Below are positions 1 to 8,034 of a stretch of 45,480 nucleotides of DNA, piece after piece. The DNA is from a virus (lineage: Duplodnaviria > Caudoviricetes), in IMG/VR virus record IMGVR_UViG_3300044259_000241, positions 1 through 45,480 of that record. One strand, given 5' to 3'. The position numbers were made by a program, and so were the translations under genes. The notes under the pieces are model-generated. The model was given only the letters and a program-made list of their open reading frames with translations. It did no database searches and was not told where the DNA came from. Each line of letters begins with the position of its first letter. Position 1 is the stretch's first letter.

Positions 1-170
1 AGCATCCCCTCAGTTTATTCCGTGGTTGGGTAGGTTTAACGTCCAGCTTTTAATAGTAGCCAGATAAGAGCCCATCTCAACTAATCTTTTGTTAATCATA
101 ATTTTATATGTAATCCAACAGATTAGCTTCTTCTGTAACGGAGAATATCAGAGAATAACGGAAATCACCT

Positions 171-220
171 TGCCCCTTTCTATGCCCCCGCGCCACTTTT
201 TGCCCCCAAATTTGCCCCCA
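171..220 (+). repeat. TGCCCC(C) direct repeats, probable integrase arm-type sites near the prophage left end
   Basis: TGCCCC at 171, 183, 201 and 213; TTTGCCCCCA at 199-208 and 211-220 (12-bp period); at the end opposite the integrase. Confidence 0.55.
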
Positions 221-376
221 TTTTGCGTAACTGCTTCCAGTTCCTCGACACCCACCTTTACCCGGATACTCAATCCCATCATCATACCTGCACTCTAAAA
301 ATCATAACTTTTCCGGTACGCACCTCATTTTCTCCCTGCCCTATACTTTCAGTCTGACATCCGGCTGGAGGTTCCT

Positions 377-1045
377 ATGTGCGGACGTTTTTCACAATCA
401 ATGACCCGCGAACAGTACCTGGCTATCCTGGCTGACGAAGCCGAGCAGGACATACCCTACGACCCAGAACCGATTGGCCGTTACAATGTTGCGCCCGGCA
501 CCAAAGTTCTGCTGCTGAGCGAACGCGACGAACAGCTGCATCTTGACCCGGTATTCTGGGGCTATGCACCCGGGTGGTGGGATAAGCCACCGCTGATAAA
601 CGCACGTGTCGAAACTGCGGCCACCAGCCGGATGTTTAAGCCCCTCTGGCAGCATGGCCGGGCGATCTGCTTTGCCGATGGCTGGTTTGAGTGGAAAAAG
701 GAAGGCGACAAGAAGCAGCCATATTTCATCCACCGCGCCGATGGCCAACCAATATTTATGGTGGCGATCGGCAGTACACCATTCGAACGCGGAGACGAAG
801 CTGAAGGGTTTCTGATAGTGACAGCTGCGGCAGACAAAGGCCTGGTCGATATACATGACCGTCGACCGGTTGTTTTAACACCGGAAGCAGCCCGTGAATG
901 GATGCGGCAGGATATTGGTGGTAAGGAGGCAGAAGAGATTGTTGTCGACGGTTCTGTACCGGCTGACAAGTTCACCTGGCACGCAGTAACGCGCGCCGTG
1001 GGTAATGTGAAGAACCAGGGACCAGAATTGATAGCCAGGATTTGA
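377..1045 (+). CDS. yedK: SOS response-associated peptidase (SRAP/HMCES family abasic-site protein)
   Basis: N-terminal MCGRF (Cys2), RYNVAP, INARVET, ADGWFEW, IHDRRPVVL; RBS GGAGG. Confidence 0.93.
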   Translation: MCGRFSQSMTREQYLAILADEAEQDIPYDPEPIGRYNVAPGTKVLLLSERDEQLHLDPVFWGYAPGWWDKPPLINARVETAATSRMFKPLWQHGRAICFADGWFEWKKEGDKKQPYFIHRADGQPIFMVAIGSTPFERGDEAEGFLIVTAAADKGLVDIHDRRPVVLTPEAAREWMRQDIGGKEAEEIVVDGSVPADKFTWHAVTRAVGNVKNQGPELIARI

Positions 1046-1363
1046 TCACACGATTTCCCTGTCATCACTTGCCCGGTTCAGTGTGTGCGTCAGAACGCCG
1101 TGCACTGTCACATCATCCAGCGCATCACCTTCTATAGCTTCACCCTCTTCCGTAATCAGCGCCTGGCCATACAGTTTCACAAACTGATTTCTGCCATCCA
1201 CGGTTACCAGCAGCGTATCGCCGTTACCCGCTCTTAAGGCTACGTTAATAACGGCCCACCCGCATGACGTTTCTATCACACGACAGTTTCCGTCGATGCC
1301 ACACAGAGAATCAATGGTCAGTCGCTGTTCAACATAGTCAGTAGCTGGCGAAACAAACCCCAT
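1046..1363 (-). CDS. Degenerate UmuD-like protein
   Basis: Starts GFVSPATDYVEQRL, like the UmuD' N-terminus (GFPSPAADYVEQRI); no recognisable GDSM catalytic-Ser motif; TGATG-coupled to the upstream ORF. Confidence 0.65.
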   Translation of the reverse strand: MGFVSPATDYVEQRLTIDSLCGIDGNCRVIETSCGWAVINVALRAGNGDTLLVTVDGRNQFVKLYGQALITEEGEAIEGDALDDVTVHGVLTHTLNRASDDREIV

Positions 1364-1602
1364 CAGAATACCCTCCCCATGTTGCGCAGGATCCAGTGGC
1401 GGTTTTCGCTATCGTCGGTTGTCTTGTCAGCGAAGTCCGGCTGGTAACGTTCAATCCACTGGTTTGCATCAGCCAGGCTAAAGTGCCAATTCTTATCTCG
1501 CAGCTTATCGATGAAGTCGTTCGTGCTGAGATAGCGATAGCCCTTTGGGTTTAGCTGAATAGCCTCAACGAATGCAGCCTGTATCTCATACTGTCTCGGC
1601 AT
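1363..1602 (-). CDS. Small hypothetical protein, first gene of a LexA-regulated operon
   Basis: ATG at 1602 with RBS GGGGGTG; SOS box just upstream. Confidence 0.75.
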   Translation of the reverse strand: MPRQYEIQAAFVEAIQLNPKGYRYLSTNDFIDKLRDKNWHFSLADANQWIERYQPDFADKTTDDSENRHWILRNMGRVF

Positions 1603-1616
1603 AATCACCCCCTAAC

Positions 1617-1636
1617 AACTGTATATTAATACAGTA
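1617..1636. promoter_or_regulatory. LexA (SOS) box
   Basis: AACTGTATATTAATACAGTA; CTG-N10-CAG at 1619-1634, close to the consensus TACTGTATATATATACAGTA. Confidence 0.9.
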
Positions 1637-1725
1637 TAATTATCAGAGAGAATAGGTCAAGCAAGTCGATCTTGTTCAAGGTTAATGCTAAACTTTTAAC
1701 CCACAATAATAACTAGGTCATACAT

Positions 1726-2112
1726 ATGCTTAAGAATTTTCTCTTCCCGAGCGATGAGCTTAAAATGGCCAGGCGCATTGCCGATGCATACATCGAGCGC
1801 TCTGGATTAGATCCGGCAGGAATCGAGGACATGAAGGATGGCGGGGACTGGCTAGGTATGGGTGACAGGATAAAAATTGCAGATGTGAAAGATTTCGAAA
1901 GAGATACTGGCAACTTCTTGCTTAAGTTTGTCACTATCAATGCTGATAATGAGTTTGCTGTTAAATCATCACAAATGAGAATTGAATCCATCAATGATGC
2001 GTATCAGATATCATGCGGAGATAGATTTGTACGCGTGGTTAACTGTGATGAGCTATCTGTTTTGTACCCAGCAGTTGACTTAGCTATCAATAACTCAGTT
2101 TTAGTAAATTAA
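1726..2112 (+). CDS. Hypothetical moron protein (AT-rich)
   Basis: 128-aa ORF convergent with the tail spike and followed by a hairpin. Confidence 0.75.
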   Translation: MLKNFLFPSDELKMARRIADAYIERSGLDPAGIEDMKDGGDWLGMGDRIKIADVKDFERDTGNFLLKFVTINADNEFAVKSSQMRIESINDAYQISCGDRFVRVVNCDELSVLYPAVDLAINNSVLVN

Positions 2113-2139
2113 ACAGCCGTCCCTGGCTGTTAGTTTTTT
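2111..2139 (+). terminator. Intrinsic terminator between convergent genes
   Basis: AACAGCC-GTCCCT-GGCTGTT followed by AG and a T-run. Confidence 0.7.
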
Positions 2140-4165
2140 ATGCTGAATAGCTTCTGACAAAGTTGACAATGGTTGTCAGGTATGGAGTCACGTCAAATGA
2201 GTGCCCACCGCTTATTCCGTCTACTTTTGATATCTTCCTGGTAGAAATAGCAGATAACTTCATCATGATATCTCGGTTCTCAGTAGGCAGAACTATGGTG
2301 TCATCACTCGCAGTAAGCCATAACTGGGGGATGCCAAGAAGCTCATCTGGTCTTTTAAGAACCGGGTCAAAACCAGACGTTTTGGCATCGTAATCGCTGC
2401 CATCGCTGGCGATGTTATAAGCCTCTTTAATATCAGCTGTTAAAACCGAGCTGTTGTAGCATGACTTGAGGTTGGCCGTTGGTGATGTCCCGACAAGGCA
2501 ACATGGAACGCCGATATTTTCGCTTATGAGCGTATTGAAAAATTCAATCCCACCCATTGAATTTACGAAAGCACTAAATGCACTGACATTATAATTTAAG
2601 AAGAGATAGCGATAAGCCGAATAATACGCAGCCTGCGCCAGTGTATTCCCCCAGGTATTATAATCTCCGCTAACAGCCGCGCTAATAACAATAAACCCGC
2701 CAGCAACAAAGGCCTTGCTTATCTTGTCATAGTTGGCATTCGTGGCCCATGATCGTTCGTTTGTGCCATTGCCATGGAATAGCATTACAGCTGGTCTTGG
2801 TTTACGGCTGTCATAACCAATAGGTGTAACAATACGGAAATCATTTGTGCCATCACCTGTCCAGACAATCGACGGGTAGTTACCCTCGAAGTTACTCTTG
2901 ATCGTGGCATTGGAACCTACGCCATAGCAAAGAGACTGGAAGCTGGAACCTGTTAACTGGCGAGCATCAGAGTTGAAGATGACAAAGTTATTACATGATT
3001 TAGATGCACGAGTAACGCGTCCGACATACTCATACCCCAGCGCCTCCCCGGTGTGGTGTGCAGCAAAGGAAATGAAGTTATCATCAGCAACAATTGTTAC
3101 TTCATACAAGCCTGCAATAGGCACCGTGGCATTAGGAATGCTGGTAACCGAACCGTTAACCAAGAGCTTGACAGAGTTATAGCTAAAGTAAATGCCAGCA
3201 CCATTGGACAGGCCGGAAGATGGAGCCGCGCCAGGAGCATCACTACTAACACCAATGAATGTGCCACCACTATAAGTGCTTACACCATCGTTAACATAGT
3301 TAACCAGGCAGCGAAGACGGAACTTACCGGTAGTACCTGCATTAAGTGCGCGGGACATACCAGACAGACCGGCAGCACCATTACCATATACTTTATTGGC
3401 GGAAACCTGCATTACAGTAGTTGTTGAGCCTGTCCAGCCAGATAAACTTGTGAAGGTATCTTCATAGATAACCTGGTCTGCCCAGCGTGCATACTCCCTG
3501 GTTCCTCCCTGCCCAAGCATAGCAAGGTGGCGCATCAGCATTCCCATCTTATTATATTTTAATCCGAATGCATCGGTATCAGCCCAAAGTGTTTGCCCAT
3601 TAACGTTATAAGCGTGCCCCATTATAGAACTGCTTGCTGCCGGCAAATCAGAAACGGAAATTCCTTTTGCAATTAAATTTTTAAGATTTGAACCAACCGT
3701 CCCTGAGGCATACGCTACGTTATAATCAAAACCAATAAGCCCGGCACCCGCCAGCGCGGCAAGCGCAGCGCGTAATGATGCGTCACCCACCCCGATCCAT
3801 GCCCCTGGCCCAATACCGCCAGTACCCGCCGGTGTCGAGCTCGCAGGAACCACTTTAGGGCCTGATGCGAATGACCCAGTCCATTTGTAGTATTCGCCGT
3901 CCGCGGTATTGAGCAGGACTTCATTCGGGTTATTGATGGTCGCGCCAGTGGTGAACGTTTTCCCGGTAAGGATCACGTAACCGAAGGCGTTCATGGCCTG
4001 CTGCGCGAGGTAATTGATGCCCTCGATGGTGTAATGCTTCACACCAAAGCGATCGGTATAGGTCCAGCCCATAGAGGTGACGAACTCGTCAATTTTACCC
4101 GCGTTAAACTTGAGGTCGCGTGGGGATTCGCTCGGAACTGCGTCTTGAGTCGGTTGCGTGGTCAT
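2138..4165 (-). CDS. Tail fibre/spike with a C-terminal alpha/beta-hydrolase-like domain
   Basis: Virion-anchoring-type N-terminus (TQPTQDAVPSESPRDLKFNAGKIDEFVTS); follows the central tail gene; C-terminal FHGNG, NSMGG, SDDTIV, GGHSF. Confidence 0.85.
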   Translation of the reverse strand: MTTQPTQDAVPSESPRDLKFNAGKIDEFVTSMGWTYTDRFGVKHYTIEGINYLAQQAMNAFGYVILTGKTFTTGATINNPNEVLLNTADGEYYKWTGSFASGPKVVPASSTPAGTGGIGPGAWIGVGDASLRAALAALAGAGLIGFDYNVAYASGTVGSNLKNLIAKGISVSDLPAASSSIMGHAYNVNGQTLWADTDAFGLKYNKMGMLMRHLAMLGQGGTREYARWADQVIYEDTFTSLSGWTGSTTTVMQVSANKVYGNGAAGLSGMSRALNAGTTGKFRLRCLVNYVNDGVSTYSGGTFIGVSSDAPGAAPSSGLSNGAGIYFSYNSVKLLVNGSVTSIPNATVPIAGLYEVTIVADDNFISFAAHHTGEALGYEYVGRVTRASKSCNNFVIFNSDARQLTGSSFQSLCYGVGSNATIKSNFEGNYPSIVWTGDGTNDFRIVTPIGYDSRKPRPAVMLFHGNGTNERSWATNANYDKISKAFVAGGFIVISAAVSGDYNTWGNTLAQAAYYSAYRYLFLNYNVSAFSAFVNSMGGIEFFNTLISENIGVPCCLVGTSPTANLKSCYNSSVLTADIKEAYNIASDGSDYDAKTSGFDPVLKRPDELLGIPQLWLTASDDTIVLPTENRDIMMKLSAISTRKISKVDGISGGHSFDVTPYLTTIVNFVRSYSA

Positions 4166-4175
4166 ATATATTCCA

Positions 4176-4203
4176 TAAAAAAACCCGGCACAGTGGCCGG
4201 GTT
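4176..4203 (-). terminator. Intrinsic terminator between central tail gene and spike
   Basis: Minus strand AACCCGGC-CACTGT-GCCGGGTTTTTTT. Confidence 0.75.
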
Positions 4204-4223
4204 GAGATGGGCGGTAGAGGGTC

Positions 4224-6701
4224 TTACTGGTAGATAGCGTCGCTGTACTCTGCGACCGTCAATGAGACGGTATTATCGGTATTTGGCTTGATGCTGTTGA
4301 CCTTCCATAGCTGGCTATCCAGCTCTTCCACTGTCGCAATAAGGTAGCGAGAAGGTAGCTGGACCGTATCGCCATTCCAGATGTTGAGTTGGATGCTGGG
4401 TATTGCTGCGGTAAATCCGTACTTCGTGTCGCTGCGTGCGGTTGCCGGATAGCGTAACGTCGGGTTACCCAGGCTATCGGTCACCAGAACATACATCGAA
4501 CCGGTAAACGTGATCGACTCGCTGGTATCAAAGTTATTCCCGGAGCGCCCCGTGATGTAACCCTGCTGCTGGTTGCTGTCGTAGATGTCAGGCATCTGAA
4601 TGACGCTTCCAACCTGGATAATGCCGTCCTCGAACACTTTGGCGTTCATTTTCACCCGCGAGTAAATCAGACGCTTCGTTTCGCGCAGCGCGCGCTCGCG
4701 TGCCTGGTACTCGTTGCGGAAGCCAACAATTTCCAGTTTGTTCGGGTTCTCAGCCTCCTGCTCGACGATGGCGCCATTCAGTACGCGGTAGTTGATGTAG
4801 GTCTTGTTGTTCGTGGTCGGGTGGACATAAGAGACCTGCACACCGTCGTAACCGCCTGGCAGCGTGGCTTCGTACGTTAATTTGTACTCGTCAGTCTTCA
4901 TGTTGGCCCGGTTGAATACAGCCGCCGGGTAATCAACTTTCTGATCCCGGGTGAAGGTCAGAACGCCATCGTCCCAGTACGCGACCACTGATGCTGCGTT
5001 GCAGATTGCCTGCACCCTGTCGCCGAGCGAGTCATTCTCGTCATCAAAGGTGTAATCGAAATATCCCAGGCGGTCGTCAGGAAGGCTCTCTGCAATTGAG
5101 TAAAGCCCGTACAGGTCAATGCTGCTGACCAGTTGTTCCCCCATAATCAGCCAGGTATGCGCCACCGCATCAGCGAAAGAGCGCGACGGACGCAGGGTGT
5201 AATCTACTGACTGAGTTGATAGGTTGTAGCTGATGGTGTGGCGTGTGACCAGGGCGTTATATTTTCGGTCACGGCTGCCCAGGGCATTCTCTGTTGCCCT
5301 TACCTTTACGCGCACCAGCGTGTCAGTAGGGTGAACAACGTTAGTGCGGATGTTTACCGCGTGGATCTCTTCCAGCTTGAGGATTGATGAGTCACCGGAG
5401 TTATCCGTGCGTTGCAGGTTGATGGCGTACTTCCCGAAACCACCAATCGGGGTGATTTTATCCGTACGGTAGAACGTCTCACTATCCTGCTTATGCCACG
5501 TTGTCTGCTGGAACGTCAGTGTTTGCTGCGTGCCAGGCACCATGTTGTAGTCATCGTCGATTTTCCACAGCACTACTTTCCAGTTTGTCTGCTTTTTCGG
5601 GCCAAGACTGCTCTGGGTGTGGATCCACAACTGAGTCGATTCTACCGGTGAGAAGAACGGGCCAACGACAAGCGCCTCGTTGTCGTTCAACACAAACTTA
5701 GTCGTGTTGATGGTGGCGTTCGCCGGTATATCTGGCGGGCCATCAAGATCCCCCATCGTGAACGTGTACCAGCGCACCGGATTAATCACTGCGCCATCAT
5801 TCGTCTCTACCGCTGACACCAGCGTCCCGGAGAATGTAGCATCTGTGGTTACAGACCCCGATGCAGTGGCGTAGGTAACGTTGATATCAAAGGTCACGGC
5901 ATGAGGTAACACCAGCCCCATGAAGTAATCGAAGGATGCCTGCTTCACGATTTTCATCGCTATCTGGCCGCCAGAATATGTGCCGGAGACCACAGTGGTT
6001 GCGGTTGCAGTCTCTACCGGGAAAGAATCACCCTGGTTTGCCCCGGGCACTTCCTGCCCGTCAACATCATCGAAGCTGTAACCCTCGTTAATCGTCGGAA
6101 TGACCTCACCAGGCTGAATAAACTGATATTCAGCACCAGCCATGCTCCCCAGGCTCGATTCAGAGTAGCGGACAGACTCGTAATCGTATTTGCCGAACCC
6201 TATGCTCATCCACTCCGTGACATACTTTTTCCCGCCGTCTTTGGTGCCGGTGCTGATGTACTCGAAAAGCGATTCCTGTATCAGGTCAGGGAAAGACCGA
6301 ATCTGTCCGTAGATGTCCGGTTTGGGTTTATAAACGCGCGCAGTGTTGGTCTGTCCGGTCAGGCTGTTGTTCGGAGAATCGACGGTGTTGCCGCCAGTGT
6401 TGGCGATGGCCGGCTTTGGGGCGAGAAACGAAAAGACAGTACCCACGACCTTGAATATCGGGCTCAGGATATCGCTGACGATGCCTTTTGGCTGGTCGAA
6501 AATCTGGACGGTGTCCAGTTCTCCCAGCTCGAACGCCAGTTCATCGTCATCGGTAAGCTTCACGCCATTGCGAACGATCAGCAGGTCGCGATGGAAGTTT
6601 GCGTCATTGGCTGCCAGCCAGTCATAAAAAAGGGTGCCGTTTGGCACCCTGCAACGCATCTTTGGCGTTCCTGGAAAATTCGAAATCTCAACCAGCGCCA
6701 T
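4224..6701 (-). CDS. Central tail fibre / host-specificity protein (J-like)
   Basis: Likely start MALVEISNFPG at 6701; PDIYGQIRSFPDL motif; tail-tip position. Confidence 0.85.
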   Translation of the reverse strand: MALVEISNFPGTPKMRCRVPNGTLFYDWLAANDANFHRDLLIVRNGVKLTDDDELAFELGELDTVQIFDQPKGIVSDILSPIFKVVGTVFSFLAPKPAIANTGGNTVDSPNNSLTGQTNTARVYKPKPDIYGQIRSFPDLIQESLFEYISTGTKDGGKKYVTEWMSIGFGKYDYESVRYSESSLGSMAGAEYQFIQPGEVIPTINEGYSFDDVDGQEVPGANQGDSFPVETATATTVVSGTYSGGQIAMKIVKQASFDYFMGLVLPHAVTFDINVTYATASGSVTTDATFSGTLVSAVETNDGAVINPVRWYTFTMGDLDGPPDIPANATINTTKFVLNDNEALVVGPFFSPVESTQLWIHTQSSLGPKKQTNWKVVLWKIDDDYNMVPGTQQTLTFQQTTWHKQDSETFYRTDKITPIGGFGKYAINLQRTDNSGDSSILKLEEIHAVNIRTNVVHPTDTLVRVKVRATENALGSRDRKYNALVTRHTISYNLSTQSVDYTLRPSRSFADAVAHTWLIMGEQLVSSIDLYGLYSIAESLPDDRLGYFDYTFDDENDSLGDRVQAICNAASVVAYWDDGVLTFTRDQKVDYPAAVFNRANMKTDEYKLTYEATLPGGYDGVQVSYVHPTTNNKTYINYRVLNGAIVEQEAENPNKLEIVGFRNEYQARERALRETKRLIYSRVKMNAKVFEDGIIQVGSVIQMPDIYDSNQQQGYITGRSGNNFDTSESITFTGSMYVLVTDSLGNPTLRYPATARSDTKYGFTAAIPSIQLNIWNGDTVQLPSRYLIATVEELDSQLWKVNSIKPNTDNTVSLTVAEYSDAIYQ

Positions 6702-7104
6702 ATTCGAAATACTCCACTTTGGTGAATGCCCGTTGAATGACCAGCAGTGAGTCCATGCGCACGCTTCCGTTCTCGCCGCGCGAATGTAACGCCTGGCGGT
6801 TAAGTACCAGGCCAACGTGTGCTGGTTGCGCGCCACGATAACCGACGAAGATCCCGCCTTCGACCGGCTTTTCAACCTGGCGCCAGAAAACGACGTCGCC
6901 CTGATAGCAGGTGAAGAAGTCCTCCCCGGCTTCGTAGTCCGGTGTCTGGTGCAGTTCGACGCCGAGAACGTGGCGGTAATAAAGCACCACCAACCCCCAA
7001 CAGTCGACTTTCTCGAATGAGCAGGCTCGGTTAGCCCACGGCACACCTATGACCTTCCTGATGAAATCAGAGGTACTGCAAACCTGTATATTCGACTGGG
7101 TCAT
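6688..7104 (-). CDS. NlpC/P60 tail-tip protein (start uncertain)
   Basis: IGVPW...VDCWGLV, AHVGL, ALHS (Cys-His-His). Confidence 0.85.
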   Translation of the reverse strand: MTQSNIQVCSTSDFIRKVIGVPWANRACSFEKVDCWGLVVLYYRHVLGVELHQTPDYEAGEDFFTCYQGDVVFWRQVEKPVEGGIFVGYRGAQPAHVGLVLNRQALHSRGENGSVRMDSLLVIQRAFTKVEYFEYGAG

Positions 7105-7537
7105 AAAGGCGGCTTATGTTGTTGTTGAGAGGATTGGTGACAGACAGGGTTACCGATGCTGAATCCGCGTCGATATCGACCGTCTTGACGTATAACTGCC
7201 ATGACTTAATCGGTACCGAAACATCGCCGCTGTCGAAGATCTGCCGCGTGGCCGTGATGGACGTTAGCCTTGCCGTCCCCTTCCACTGCTTCATCAGCGC
7301 TTTGATATCCGACGACAATCGCCCTAACTTCACTGTCGCGTCGATCACCGGCGTACCGCTCTGCTGGCTCTCTTCGATTTCAAAGCGCGCTGGCGTGTAG
7401 GCCTGGCCGCCGAGCGTCTTCGGAAAGAATTGCTTGTCGACCAGGCGAACATAACCAAAAGATGGATGGTAGAACGTGATGGTGTCGTACAGCCCGCGCG
7501 TCGGGCGCTGCTGCTTATATTGTCGGAATGATGGCAT
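7067..7537 (-). CDS. Minor tail protein
   Basis: Synteny between distal tail and NlpC genes; coupled start. Confidence 0.75.
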   Translation of the reverse strand: MPSFRQYKQQRPTRGLYDTITFYHPSFGYVRLVDKQFFPKTLGGQAYTPARFEIEESQQSGTPVIDATVKLGRLSSDIKALMKQWKGTARLTSITATRQIFDSGDVSVPIKSWQLYVKTVDIDADSASVTLSVTNPLNNNISRLYDPVEYTGLQYL

Positions 7538-8034
7538 CAGGGGACCCTCGGAAGACTTTCCGGGTCACGCCCGTCAGGATAACCAGTCACCACAATATCA
7601 AGCCACGAATCCCACGGCGGCGGCAGCTCAACAATGATGTCGTCGAACTCGTCGTCAGCGTTATAGAGGTGGTTCGCAATAACGGTTCCCGTCCAGGTCA
7701 CCACCCCGCCAGAGATATTCGTCTGCACCGGCATCTGCGTGAAGTGAAGCTCTTGCAGTTGTAGACCACTGCCGCCCAGATTCACCTTCATGCGGAACCA
7801 GTTCAGCCCGCGATTGAGATAGTTAGGACTTCGTAGCCACTGCTTAAATGCGCGCTCCTGGTCCAGCGTAAAGATCCACGTAAGTGACCAGGTAACTTTC
7901 AGGTCATCGGTGAGGTTTTCGAAAATAGCCGGGCCGACCGCTGGCTGGTCAGTCTGAAACCCGGTATCGAGCGTCATGTTTTTGCTGGACTTCTGGGTCA
8001 GAGGCAACCAGTCAGGGTAATCAATGATCGGCAT
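7537..8034 (-). CDS. Distal/minor tail protein
   Basis: Immediately after the tape measure gene; YPDWLPL motif. Confidence 0.75.
   Translation of the reverse strand: MPIIDYPDWLPLTQKSSKNMTLDTGFQTDQPAVGPAIFENLTDDLKVTWSLTWIFTLDQERAFKQWLRSPNYLNRGLNWFRMKVNLGGSGLQLQELHFTQMPVQTNISGGVVTWTGTVIANHLYNADDEFDDIIVELPPPWDSWLDIVVTGYPDGRDPESLPRVP

Noticed and set aside
89-298. 69-aa ORF
   Set aside because: Non-ATG start, no RBS, and it runs across the att-like repeats
336-352. Possible LexA box upstream of yedK (CTGCCCTATACTTTCAG)
   Set aside because: Spacer is 11 nt rather than 10, and the match to consensus is poor
6702-7046. N-terminal 115 aa of the 940-aa ORF
   Set aside because: Overlaps the NlpC/P60 gene; the likely start is 6701
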